Shown: piece by piece, positions 38,317 to 51,344 of the stretch
Numbering within the stretch: the stretch's first letter is position 1
Layout of the letters: the number at the start of each line of letters is the position of its first letter
NCBI GenBank assembly: GCA_051362555.1
Contig: CM120647.1
Span: 13,678,651 to 13,742,650, forward strand
Direction of reading: 5' to 3'
Length of the DNA stretch: 64,000 bases
From: Lingula anatina
Lineage: Eukaryota > Animalia > Brachiopoda
Translations under genes and position numbers: made by a program
The notes under the pieces: model-generated
Seen by the model: the letters and a program-made list of their open reading frames with translations, nothing else
Databases searched by the model: none
What the model was told of the DNA's origin: nothing

Positions 38317-40204
38317 TTTAGGACCTGGACACTGCCCAAATAGAACGGACTTCAAAATATTAAGTTAATATGCAAGGGTCAGGTGGCATTAGGCCAGCTG
38401 ATAAAATTTATTTTTCTCTTAGCCTCGCACAAGAACACATTTTTGCATTTCATCTTTTGGAATATGATTTGAGAAAAAAAGTGGACTCTTGTGTTTAATG
38501 AGTACGGATTTTATATCGTGATAATGAAGAAAACTATCTATGTGACGTCCAAGTACAAGTAAACCAACCATTTTATGACATATGGCCTGCACATCATATT
38601 AATAACTTTTGGCACGTACACCGAGTATGCTTACTGCTAGATCTACACACATGCAACCTCTGTATGCAGTTATAAACGTACCTTCAGTCCAAGGAATTTC
38701 AGTTTCATGCGTGTGTACCCGCGGACTTAGAGAGTAAAACGTGGTTATCAATTTATACAAGAGTGGAGGGTAATTTTACGAAAAAAATCTTAAAATAAAA
38801 GTTTCCAAAACCTTTCTAGCCAAATATGGATATGCTAATATCCGGACAGTATCTGACGAGGCTGTTGCTCTATGATGCCGAGTGGGTGTTGAGATCGGTA
38901 GCCAGCTGCGGAAAAATTGTGTTGGCTTTGTTCCTTTTCTAGGTGGACCTTACTCCAAACTTTCCAATTTTACCATTGAGTTGCTTTTGGTCATAACAGG
39001 ACCACTGGCATATTTGTAGGGACTGACTTAGTTGGTTTGCAGTCCTCACTTGGGCTCACCTTCCTTTCCTATGATAGTAATTGCTAAGGTCACAAGACAG
39101 TGATCGTCTCTTTAACTCCTATTAGTGGGGGGCCAGGATAGATTACTTAAGAATATATTCTGCTGTTTATAGGAATGTTTACGCCGGTTGGAGGAGGGAG
39201 ATACGACCGGTTTTATCCTGCCTATGACATTTCAAACAGTTTCATTTTTATGTTTGTTAAAGATAAAAATCATAAAAGCAGTTACACAAAAGAAATTAAT
39301 TATTTTATTTTAAATTAAAATTAATGAAAATAACAGTCAAAAAGAAATTATATACATTTAAAAGCCTGTTTCGTTCTGAAACAGAACCTTCGTATATTGT
39401 TGAACCTGCATAAAATTAAGAGTGCTGAAGATATTTTATTATCTATCTATCCATCTATTTATGAGCTCTAGTAGAAAACAGTAATGAATGAGATTACGTT
39501 AATCAATTGAGAAGTTAAAAAAAAGCATAAATTTGGATTTGGATTTTTTTTTTCTTTTCAGAATAATCAACAAATTTTTATTTTCAATAAGATGTGTTTA
39601 TTTCAAAGTAAAGATGAAAAGGACTTCCAAATACATTGTACTAGTCGCTCAGTGGTTTTAGTACACCGAGGTTCATGAAACAGTTGTGTAGCAGATGGGA
39701 CAAAGTATTAAATCAAAGCGTGCGTAATCCAGGGTGCAACTGAAAATAACTTGGTCGCGCGAATGGAATTGGGTCTTTTTTCTCTTTGGAATGATAACCA
39801 AAATAACTTATAATTTAAAAAAGCTGCTTTTATATCAATGTAAAGCTGAAAAGGACTACCGAATATATAGCACTAGTCTCTCGGGTGGTTTTAGTACACT
39901 TAGGTTTATGAAACAGCTGTGTAGCAGATAGGACAAATTATTAAATCAAAGAAATAGTGAAGAAAACGAGGAAACTTTGTCGATTTACTGAATACAGATT
40001 GATCGTTTCAGTAGCATAAGTTGTACATTTATTTTTCTCTGATGCTTTCTTGGTACACCATTTTAATTTACATGGCATTCATAGTCTAATAAGAAATGAC
40101 GGTAGTATTTCAATTGACTAGTCAGAAGCTTTGTGTTATACTCGTAGCTGCCTCGCTATGGCGTACAGTAAGGGTGGCTAATAGCTAGCGATGCTCACTG
40201 CTGA

Positions 40205-40671
40205 TTATTTCTTGGTGACCTGCTCTCGGAGTTGACAAGCTGAAACAGAATTCGAATTGATATTTCAAAATAAGCACGTGTATGGCTATCTATATAAATG
40301 AAAAGTGCATAGACCGAATATCGTGTAACGCACAAAACCTATCGGAGAAGCGACGTGCCATGGCTGAAATGTTGGTAAATATTATATATATTATCATGTA
40401 ATTACTTCCTAGAAAAAGGCCTATATAACTTTCAGTTAAACAATTGATTACGTAACATTTCAAGAAAAAAAAACCGCACGGTCATAATAATAATAATAAT
40501 AATAATAATAAGATTTAAAAGGTATGAAAGAAAGAAAGAAAATATAAAAAAGTAAGTAAATAGCAAAGAACGTCTGGGCTTAATGCTGCTGGTAGCTGCA
40601 GCTGCAACGCAAGTCAAGTCGTGGTCACTCCTCCTGGGCGCTACTGCTAATAACGTTATGCTACAAGGGGG

Positions 40672-40740
<69 letters not shown>

Positions 40741-41551
40741 TGGAACCAAAACTATTTACCTAACTCGTGTACACTGAAACGGAACCCTTCAAACGTTTTA
40801 CACAGTCGTTGGGTAATGGTCTTCATTCCGGAGTAAACGTAAATCGGATCCAGTCCAACACGGCGACTCCAAAGCTGAATGCCGTCTCTCTGACACCTTG
40901 CTTGCTTATCCTCGCCATAACACATGAGTACCAGCAAATAGTTGGTGTAGTCCGTGTCGATGATTTTGAAATGGTTGTTGCCTGCAAAGGAAAGAGAAAC
41001 TGGTATGAAGTTTGAAATACGGCTTAGAGAAATCTCCAAAATATATCAAACTACCAAAAACGTTCTCATCATTTTTAAAGACAGATTATCTCGTGGTTTT
41101 TTTTTTTTTTTTTAACTTGTCATTTAGAATTTAACTTTGGCCTTTAGACGGTATTCTAATCCATTGCTTCTGATATGCTTTTCTAATATTGTGATCGTAG
41201 GCAACCTCGGATTTTTATTGCATCTGTTTGGGATGGATTGCTAGTGGAGCGCTCCAATGTCAAAATGTCAGAGTCACCTTTCATAGTTAAGTAGTCTTAG
41301 GTCTCATTTTCAATGAAACTGCCCTTTATACGTAGATTGATCCAACTTCCTGGCGACTTTCGAAGAATGCAAACAGATTGACAGATTAACACCTGCTCCT
41401 AGCGTTGAGTAGAATACACAAATAGTTGGTTGTTACATGATTACTTTGGATCAGTGAGAGTCCACCCCTAGTTTGATCCACGTATTACGATAATTTTATA
41501 GGAAATAAGTCCTTGGTAATTCCTGATAACTACGTAAAATAAAATTATTAA

Positions 41552-41620
<69 letters not shown>

Positions 41621-42896
41621 GTAGAAACAAATGACACATAGTAGGGAATAAAATAAAGAAAAAAGAGGGGAAAAAGAAAAAAAATATAGTTATTTTGTCA
41701 ATGAATGAAGAATAGCTCACTCTCTGATGGACCAAAGGAGAAGTCCCCTGGATTCCCTGTAGGAACTAGGCTTGAAACCTCGCTGATGTCTATGCATTCT
41801 TGTCCGTCTTTCCTATGATAAAAGTAAAGACGTACATGTATTATAACAGGGATATTCTATGCTACATGTTCAAAACGGCTTTATTTCTAAACTGTTCTCA
41901 TTATTATTTTTATCATTATTATGTTTGTTTGTTGTTGTTGTTGCTGTTGTTATATTGATGCTTTCTTTTAGAATGTAAACGATGTGTTTCACCTGTACAC
42001 GTGCCTGTTCTTTAATGCTGTATAATATAATATAATATAATATAATATAATATAATATAATATAATATAATATTTATTATTGTTAGGAAAATACACGATA
42101 GCTTTAATAGAATGTAATGTAAGTAAATGATACCAAGAGCATATCATTTCATAGTCATTTAATTCCCCCAAAGTATTGGTTCAGTAGGGGTTACACTTCT
42201 ATTGTCCAGTGTGTGTAGATGGCCGATAGTACATGGCAATATCCCTCGTGAGTAAATATATTTCTTATGTTTGTGACAAAAGAGATTTTGATCTCTAACT
42301 TAAAAATAGGTTTCGCATTCCACGCAAATGTACCGGCAGCCTCTATCAGCTTCAATATAAATGTTGGCAAATGACACAACGATACTCAAACTTCAAACCT
42401 TGGGCAGCAACCCCTGACTACCACTGTTAACAAAAGGTGGCGATTATTAAAACATACATATTGATCAAAATGAATATTTGGACCATGCCAATTTACAAAT
42501 TCTGTCTGCTACATTGTACACATATGGTTCTAGGACGATTGGTAAACATTGTGAGTTTATAAACCAATAACATTTATTCCTTCCTCCAGCGTTAAAAAAA
42601 ATTCAGCTATAAAGCTGACATATAAACAGACGCGCACTGTGCACTTCCCCTTAAACAGTCACAGATGCCGACGTGCAATTTTATATGTCCCTCTATATAA
42701 AGAGGTTTGCACTTACCTTCGTTACATCCAATTTTCGGAATACGGATGTTCTCGGTCTCAAATACCATCGTCCTGTGGGCCTATTTCGTCCCATGATCAA
42801 GGGAGTTGTATCTGGGATACATATTCTATAATATCCCAATCCCCCTACTACAGCAAATATCAGCGCAAAGATAATTGCACGTAGCAAGACAACCAT
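40205..42896 (-). pseudogene. Lipocalin copy 2, lacking exon 2 (probable pseudogene)
   Basis: Exons 42896-42717, 41812-41721, 40981-40760 and 40239-40205 are intact with splice sites. No homolog of the 134-nt GIWY exon lies between 41813 and 42716. Joining exon 1 to exon 3 frameshifts to a premature TAA in exon 4. Confidence 0.8.
42124..42215 (+). mobile_element. Solo 3' end and TIR of the Tc1 family seen at 5528-6915
   Basis: aaatgatacca.gagcatatcatt.ca.agtcattta...tcagtagggg.tacacttct.ttgtccagtgtgtgta matches 6825-6917. Confidence 0.85.
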
Positions 42897-44215
42897 CGTA
42901 GGACCCGTGACACTGCCCAGATAGAGCGAGGTTCAAAATACTGAGTTAATGTGCAACGGTCAGGTGGCATTAGGCCAACCGATAAATGCTAGGTGTGTTC
43001 GACTTCTTTCTCTCTTAGCCTTGCAGAAAGAATGACATTTTGCATTTCATCTTTTGGAATATATATTGAGAAAATCAATTGTGCTTTTGTGTTTAATGGA
43101 AACGGAAACGGATTTGTATCTCGTGGTTATGAAGAAAACTATCTATGTGACCTCCAAGTAAACCAACATTTTATGGCACATGGCCCGCACATGAAAATAG
43201 TAACGTTTGGCACGTACACCGAGCATAAATACTGCTACTGCTAGATCTACTCACATGCGACCTCTGTATGCAGTTATTAACGTGCCTTCAGTCCAACGAT
43301 TTTTCAGTTTCGTACGTGTGTACTTAGAGTAAAAAGTGGGTATTAATTTATACAAGAGTAGAGAGTGATTTTACGAAAAAAATCTAAAAAAAATAGTTTC
43401 CAAAACCTAGCCAAATCTCGATATGCTTATATCCGGGCGGTATCAGACAAAGTTGTTGCTCTTTGACGCCGAGTGGGTGCTGAGATAGGTAGCCAGCTGC
43501 GGAAAAAAATTGTGTTGGTTTCGTCCCAATTTTAGGTGAACATAACCCCAACGTGTTCAATTTTACCATTTAGTTGCTTTTGGGTGCTTCTGGACACAAC
43601 AGGTCCACTATTCCTTATACAGGTATATTGTTGAACCTGCATAAAATTAAGATTAAATTGCTTGGTATATTTTCTATCTATCTATCTATCTATCTACGAG
43701 CTCTAGAAAAAAAAAACAGTTATTATTTCTGAGGTAACGTAAATTAATTGAAAAGTAAAAAGTGCACAAAAAATGGATTTGGGTCTTTTTTTCTCTGTAG
43801 AAAGATAACCAAAATAAGTTATAATTTCAATAAGCTGATTTTTATTTCAAAGTAAAGCTGAAAAGGACTTCCGAATATATAGCACTAGTCTATCGGTAGT
43901 TTTAGTACACCTAGGTTTATGAAACAGCTGTGTAGCAGATAGGACAAAGTATTAAATCAAAGAAAGAGTGAAGAAAACGAGGTAACTTTGTCGGTTTACT
44001 GAAAAATTGATCGTTTTTGTAGCATAAGGTGTACACTCCTCTTTCTCTGATTTTTTCTTGGTACACCTATTTAATTTATACAATGGCATTTATAGTCTAA
44101 TAAGAAATAACGCTAGTTTTCCAACTGACTTGGCAGAAGCTTTGTGTTTTCCTCGAAGATGCCTCGCTGTAGCGTACAGAAAGGGTGGATAATAGCCGGT
44201 GAAGCTCATTGCAGA

Positions 44216-47200
44216 TCATTTCTTGGTTACCTGCTCTCGGAGGTTACAAGCTGAAACAGAATTCGAATTGATATTTCAAAATGAACGAATGTTTGGCTTT
44301 ATCTTTATAAATGAAATGCGCATAGGTTAAATACAGTGCCGCCGGAATCTCCCCTTACTTACCCTCCGGGTCGCTGCGGGTTGTACGGACGGCCTGGCTC
44401 GGTTACTATGGAAATAACATTGTCATCCATACGCTGTTTGGTTTCTGTTAACAATAGTTCCATACCCTGCCCGTCGGGCAATTATCGTGACAAACTTTCT
44501 GCTAACAAAAGAGCCTAACCCTAGCTCGCTGAGATAAAGATCGAAGGTGAGCGTGGTCGCAATTAAGTGTTCGTCTAAGCGTTAATTTACCTTTAATGCG
44601 CGGTGGCTTCACTCTACTTTGATCACTCTACTCTGATACGGAGATTTTAAGTATAAGAACTTGCCAACAGTGATTTTTAAAAGTCGCTTTACCAAAAAGA
44701 TTCGGTGATGACAGCAATTTTCGTGTACATTGTAGCTATGAATTGATTGAATTTACATAGAGTTTAATAAATGAATTTATGAATTTATTAAAGATCAAAT
44801 AAAACACTACTTGTACATGTAATATTTATTAGGCTTCAAACGGTCTTTACTATATACACATTATTAACAAGATTGAAATTTATTTTTATAGTATGTCCTT
44901 ATATTTCTATTAGTTTTGTTCATAGACGAAATGCATTTTTTCCAAAAAGACTTGTCAGTTGTTTCAGTGATAAACATTTTGTTAGCCATATCTTTAATAT
45001 AGTTCAGTCTATATTTGCATATAGGATCTCTCCCATCTACACCCGTAACATTTCTGTCCTTTCGTATTCGTTCATCCATAGTAAACAACCTTCCCATCAA
45101 CTGAACGCAAAAGTTGCCTGGGGAACTGGCCCGTTGTCGAATTTCGAATATTTCTTTATTTGTCAAGGCGACGGGTGGCCGGCCGAAAGACTGATTCCTT
45201 GATTCTGTAGGACACAAAGTAGGAAATGTTTCTCTATCATTGTTTGATATGTAATTCAAGCCGATAAGAATAGTTCATCTTTACGATCTAAAGCCCAAAC
45301 TTAACCAAAAGCCTTCTTCATACTTAAACGCATCAAAAGAAATTAATTAAAAAAACTGGATTACAATCTCTCGGGCTAACTTCACTGGTTGGCACGTGTC
45401 ATCTCACATTAATTAACAATCAGTTCAGGTTAGCTTTATTCATGCTGGGTAAACACAGTGATTAAGCCCTGACTATTACATAATCACTACTGTGTGACAC
45501 GCGTCGTCTAAAATTAATGTTAACATTGCGATGACGCTCTTCAATCCAAACTAATCAATTGCACATAATTCTAAATCAACTGACACGTGTCAACAGGATT
45601 GTTTGTGTATCTGGACTTCCTAAATGGCCAATAAGTATTTTGTTTAATATGACATGTTTATGTCACTGATTTCCATGCCATCGTGTCACCTGCCAAGTGA
45701 ACGGTATAAATCGACACTCAAATTTTCCAAATCATCACAATTCCAAGATGCCTCTTAGCGATTACGTGCGTTTGCGTATCATCGCCCTCCGAGAACAAGG
45801 GGTGCGAATTAAAAACATGACCGCAAAAATGGAAAATGAAGGCCATAAAGAGTCGCGACAAGCCATTTACTATGCGTTAAAGAAATACTACGAAGGGCTT
45901 GGTATTGCAGATAAGCCACGAAGTGGACGTCCCTCAAAGGTTGACCTGCGCCACATGAACGTTATAGACGAGGAGATGACCATATTAACGCAGAAAAGTG
46001 TATTATACAGTAATAAATGTATTAATCACCTAAATAAGGTGATTCCAGCGGTACTTGAGAGAGAAGGTCGTGCATCAGGCTACTAAACTAGCAACACATG
46101 TAATAAAGGTAATGAGACATTGATATTTATTTGATGCATTAGCTATTTAAAATTTTCCATTTTAACTACGCTTTTGTTGATCGTGACTTATTATCATCAA
46201 ATAAAATTGTTATACGTGTTTTAAAACTAAGCCTGATTTGTTCTTCAGAGTTTTGTTCTAATATTTGACTTGCCTTTACTCGAGTCTTATGTTGCAGTTG
46301 ATACATAACCCGGTATTGTTTGCGATGGCAATCTCTTTGCATCAGCTATAATAGAAACCTTAAGTGAGGCAATTAAGAAGGGGCAGACCGTGTTCGTTGA
46401 ACCGACTAATTTGGGTGTCCGATAAGGATTGCTTGGGGATTCCCCTACCCTGTAATTATCATACGGCCTCTATTGTTCGACCATATGGGGCAGGGTTGGG
46501 AAACCATACGGCCATTTGGTAAGGGGACATTCCGGCGGCACTGTATCATGTAACGCACATAACCTTTCGGAGAAGCAACGTACCATGGCTAAAATGTTAG
46601 TAAATATCAGGGGCGGATCCAGATATATTTTCTGACAGTCTTCCATATTATCTTTGTTAATCCATCCTCCATTTTTGACCGTCTTCCGACAGAAAATATT
46701 AGATAGCCGTCAATGTAAACTGTAAAATCTGACCGTCTTCCTGAAGACCCAGAAGACGGCCTAAATCCGCACCTGAATATTATAATATTATAATATTATA
46801 ATATTAGCATGTAATTATTAGCGTGGGCCCTACTGCCGATAACGTTAAACTACGGCGGGGAAAATAGTATGCATGCCTAAACCCAAAAATATTCACCTAA
46901 CTTGTGTACACTAAAACGGAACCCTTCAAACGTTTTACACAGTCGTTTGGCAATGGTCTTCATTCCCGAGTATACGTAAATCGGGTCCAGGCCCACGCGG
47001 CGGCTCCAAAGCTGAATGGCGTCTCTCTGACACCTTCCTTGCTTATCCTCCCCGTAACACCTGAGTACCAACAAATAGTTGGTGTAGTCCGTGTCGATGA
47101 TCTTGAAATGGTTGTTGCCTGCAAAGGAATGTTACCCAAGTTTAGAGTCTGGAATGCGACTTAGCAAAATCTCCAAATTGTATCGACCGATTAAAAAGCT

Positions 47201-50200
47201 GTTGTACCATTTTAAGAAATATTATTTCGGTTATTTTATTTTAATTTGTTATGTTGAACATAACTTAAGCCTTGAGACAATATTCTTATCCACTGTGTCT
47301 CTTATGTTGTGACCAAAAGCAACCTAGGAATGGTTTTTTGCATCTATTTGGGATGGATAGCTATTGTAATGCTCCAATACCAATATCCCAAATTTATCTG
47401 TCATTGTTAAAAAATCTTAAGGCTCATTCCCATTGAAACATTCGTTCTACGTTATACGTAGATTGATCCAACTGCGCGGGAGCTCTCATTGCATGTAAAC
47501 GGATTGAGGGATTGACACACTTGCTCTGGGCGTTGAGCAGAATACACAGAAAGCTGCTGATTTTATGGGTGTTGGCAGCGTCAGGAGGCGTGTTAATCTA
47601 TCTGATTGCATTCAGCGAGAGTTCAAGCCCAGTTTGATCTACGTAGAAAGGATAGGGGAGAGCGGGGCTAGGTGACCCAATTATACACTTTTGGCCTTCT
47701 AGAGCCAACTGGGAATGAATTAGAGCAACAGAACCGGTTTAAACTAAATTACGTATGCAACGTACGTCATTATTTTTAGATATAATGCCAGATGGCTCAC
47801 AATCTGACAAAAAACGTAATTGACTTCAGTTGGCACCTTATACGAAAATGCAGTGAGTATCCCATGTAAACGACAATGATTTTATTAAGTTGATTTTTGA
47901 GTCTTTGATGAATAAGTAGTTCAAATGAGGCAGACATGAGGCAGTGTATATTGAGGTTTCTGTACGTAACGTTGTATGTGTTGGAAGAACCAAAATATTT
48001 ATTAATTAAACTTGTTTTGTTTTAATTGAAAATAAACTAATAACGCTTTAAAACAGTTTTTTAATGAATGTAAAACGAATAATAAAGTTTGGTTTTTAAA
48101 GAAACTCACAGATTCAGTCTTAAACTGGTAATAACTTAACAAACCATTGAATTTGTTTTAACAATGGTCTGTAGCTGTGTTGCGCGCAAAAGACTGTGGG
48201 CTATATGAGGGTCCAAGTTGCCCCGAGTCAAGGGATCCAACTAGCCCCGGGTGCACATTTTGGTTTTAAAGGTTTGCAGCAATTGTGGTGCTAGAATGAA
48301 CATAGATTGAACCTTACTGTGAAATTGAAACGATGAGCTTCAGTTTGATGCCCTATACATATATTATATTCGATCAAAAGCCTATAAAAATAAATTTTAA
48401 TATTTCTTTAATACGGTTACTTTAAGATGCAGAATTCTTTCATTTGGACTCAGCGCCTTAATGAAACTATTAAACGAAACTTTGATACGGTCACTTTAAT
48501 TTACAAAATGATGTGATCATTGTTTTTTATCCCATGGTTACTGTTTCAGAAAATGATGCCTGGCCAACTTACCCAGGGGTCCAACTAGCCCCGGTCTCCC
48601 CTAACTTTACCGGTAATGACCCTTTAATAAATCCTGTTAACAACGCAAATTTAAATTACCTAAAAACGCGATTTTTTAAACAAATGTCAGAAGCAAATGA
48701 CCCATAGTATGAAAAAAATAAGGAACAAAGTTATTTTACTTGATGATTAAAGAATAACTCACTCTCTGATGGACCAAAGGAGAAGTCCCCTGGATTCCCT
48801 GTAGGAACTAGGCTTGAAGCCTCGTTGATGTCTGTGCACTTTTGTCCGTCTTTCCTAAGATGAAAGTAATATGCAGATATTTTATTTGTAAAAGGGATAT
48901 TTTATGATACATGTTCAATGCGGCTTTTTTTTTTTCTAAACTGCTCCGACCCCCGCCTACAAAACGACTATAACCATTTCAAATCTAACAACCGTGAAAA
49001 GGAAATAATTTGGTGTCATTTTTACTATTATTATTATTGTTGTTGTTGCTGTGTTGCTTTTGTTGCCTTTTCTTAAAGTATAAGCGGTATGTTTCACCTG
49101 TATACCGGTGTACGTGTCTGTTCTTTAATGCTGTAGAAAAGGGCATCTGCAGTGTCATTTTAACACATAATATAATATAATATAATATAATATAATATAA
49201 TATAATATAATATAATATAATATAATATAATATCAGCTTGGGGTAGTTTTATTATTCATTTATTAACTGGTATGTAGCCGCTCCTTGGTTCATGCATAAC
49301 ATTTGAGCTTAACATGCGTCTTCTTTATAAGGAAAATACTTGGAAGCTTTTTTATTCTGAAATAAAATAGAATCGGGAGGATTGAAACCCTTTTCATTTG
49401 ATGGCAGTAAATGACCCAGAGATAAATTATTCATTGTAGAGTAACTTCAACACAGGTGTTGCAATAAAATTTTATGTCTTTTGCATTAATTATTGCCTGG
49501 TGTTCTCCATAGTTATTCGTTTAACACACATAAAAACGCTCATAAAATACTAACAGTGGGAACACTCCTTTATACCAAATATGCTGTAAAACCATGTGAT
49601 ATGCTACATTTGTTTCGCTAAATTGATAAGGTTGTAGTATGTATCCCATTTATATAATTAACTGAATTACAGTACGTACGGCAACGCTCTGATAAGAAAG
49701 GATAATGCTCCATCTTTGCCGGCGGTGACGTAGGCGGTGTATTCTGATAAAACACGGTCATCCGGCACCTGAGGGTTCCGTCTCCATAAGAAACTATACC
49801 AGATGCCCGTAAGCTAGAAATAAATGCAAACGATGTAATGTCCTTCTCCTTGTCTATTCCTATCATTTGCAAACAGGTGAATAAAAAATGGCAATAGCTC
49901 TCTTGTCACACATTTAAAAGAATATGTCTTAGTCACATCGCAATATCTCATGAGTAAATATAGTTCGGAAAAAGAGATTTTGATCTCTAGATCTAACCTA
50001 AAAATTGCACATCACGCGAAAAAAACGGACCATTTCACAACCATCAACGGGCGATTTACAGTAATTACTCAGTCATTTCATTGGGCAAAATTGTTAATTT
50101 TCAAGATACTGTATTTTAAGACAATTTTTTCCAATTAAAACATTCCTTTTGAGTGGAAGCAACAAATGAGAAAAACAGACTACTCTATATTCTACTTTAT

Positions 50201-51313
50201 ACAGTAAAAGCAGCAAACATGTTAAATACCAATATTATTGTTTGTAATAAAATGATGTATCTTTAAGTTTAATCATTTTTGCAAACTAAAATATCGAGAT
50301 ATTACCGTATGCCTGCACATTTGAAATTAATTGGTGTATGTGGGAGATATTATTAGCCTATGTACACTTTTGAACTTTCTACGTACAATGGATGCCTTAT
50401 AAACATTATAGATGATGCTAATCTCAGACTTAGATCTTGAAACTGATGGCAGGGTAAACACTAAAAAAAAAAAAAAAACCTTACTCCTTTTCAGTTTACG
50501 TTTGTGCTAGGTAACGATTTAACAATTTAAGCCCACTACAAAGTGGACGTATGTGCCGTTAGCCTTTATCTGCTTAAACATAATACTGTAGCTGGCAAAT
50601 GGTACGGACTCAAACTGTAAACCAAATCCTTTGACTTCCGCCGTAAAATCAAGGTGACAATTATTAAACCATATACCAGTATCATGGTCAAAATGAATAT
50701 TCGGACTTTCAATATTCAATTTTTTTCCTGCTACATTGTACATGTTGGATTTTAAGACGTTGAGAAAACCGTGTGAGTTTGTAACCAGTAACATTTATTC
50801 CTTGTAATTGCAGCATCCCCCCCAAACAGTCTCGGATGATGCCGATGTAAATGTCCCTCTATATATGGCAGACCTATATGGAAGGAAGTCCACGTACTCC
50901 TTTAATGGTCTCTCCGCCTCTCACACACCTCCCCACATGTCGTCCCTGCAGGGGCACAGTAATTAAATATCGGCTCAATTCAACCGGTCGATGGACGACG
51001 AGTGGGGAGCAGTGTGAGAGACGGAGAGACTACCCGCAAGAAAACGCAGTAGATACTCCAGCGCAGTAGACTACTGCAATCATGCTGCAAACCGCAGTTG
51101 ACTACTGCAAACATACTGCAAACATGCTTCAAATCTGCTTCGATTTGGGAGCTAATTAGCATATTTGAAACATGCTTCTATCATATGCATGCTGCTAATC
51201 TACTGCATTAATGCACCTCTCTGTACAAACCTATGTACTTTTTGGAGTAGAATTGCAGTAGGCTATGCTGCATTTCTACTGCAAATATGCTCCACAGCAC
51301 TACTGCGTTAATG

Positions 51314-51344
<31 letters not shown>

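Larger units (their letters stand above)
44334..46543. mobile_element. Tc1/mariner-superfamily element (2210 bp) carrying a BEN-domain exon and an internally deleted transposase, in intron 4 of lipocalin copy 3
   Basis: TIRs cagtgccgccggaatctccccttac / gtaaggggacattccggcggcactg, with a TA duplication. The empty site is visible in paralogous introns (~40318, ~34938). Confidence 0.9.

Noticed and set aside
38330-38400. Possible nuclear-receptor half-sites and an HNF1-like gttaat upstream of lipocalin copies 1-3
   Set aside because: The motifs are short, not fully conserved across copies, and their similarity is explained by recent duplication.
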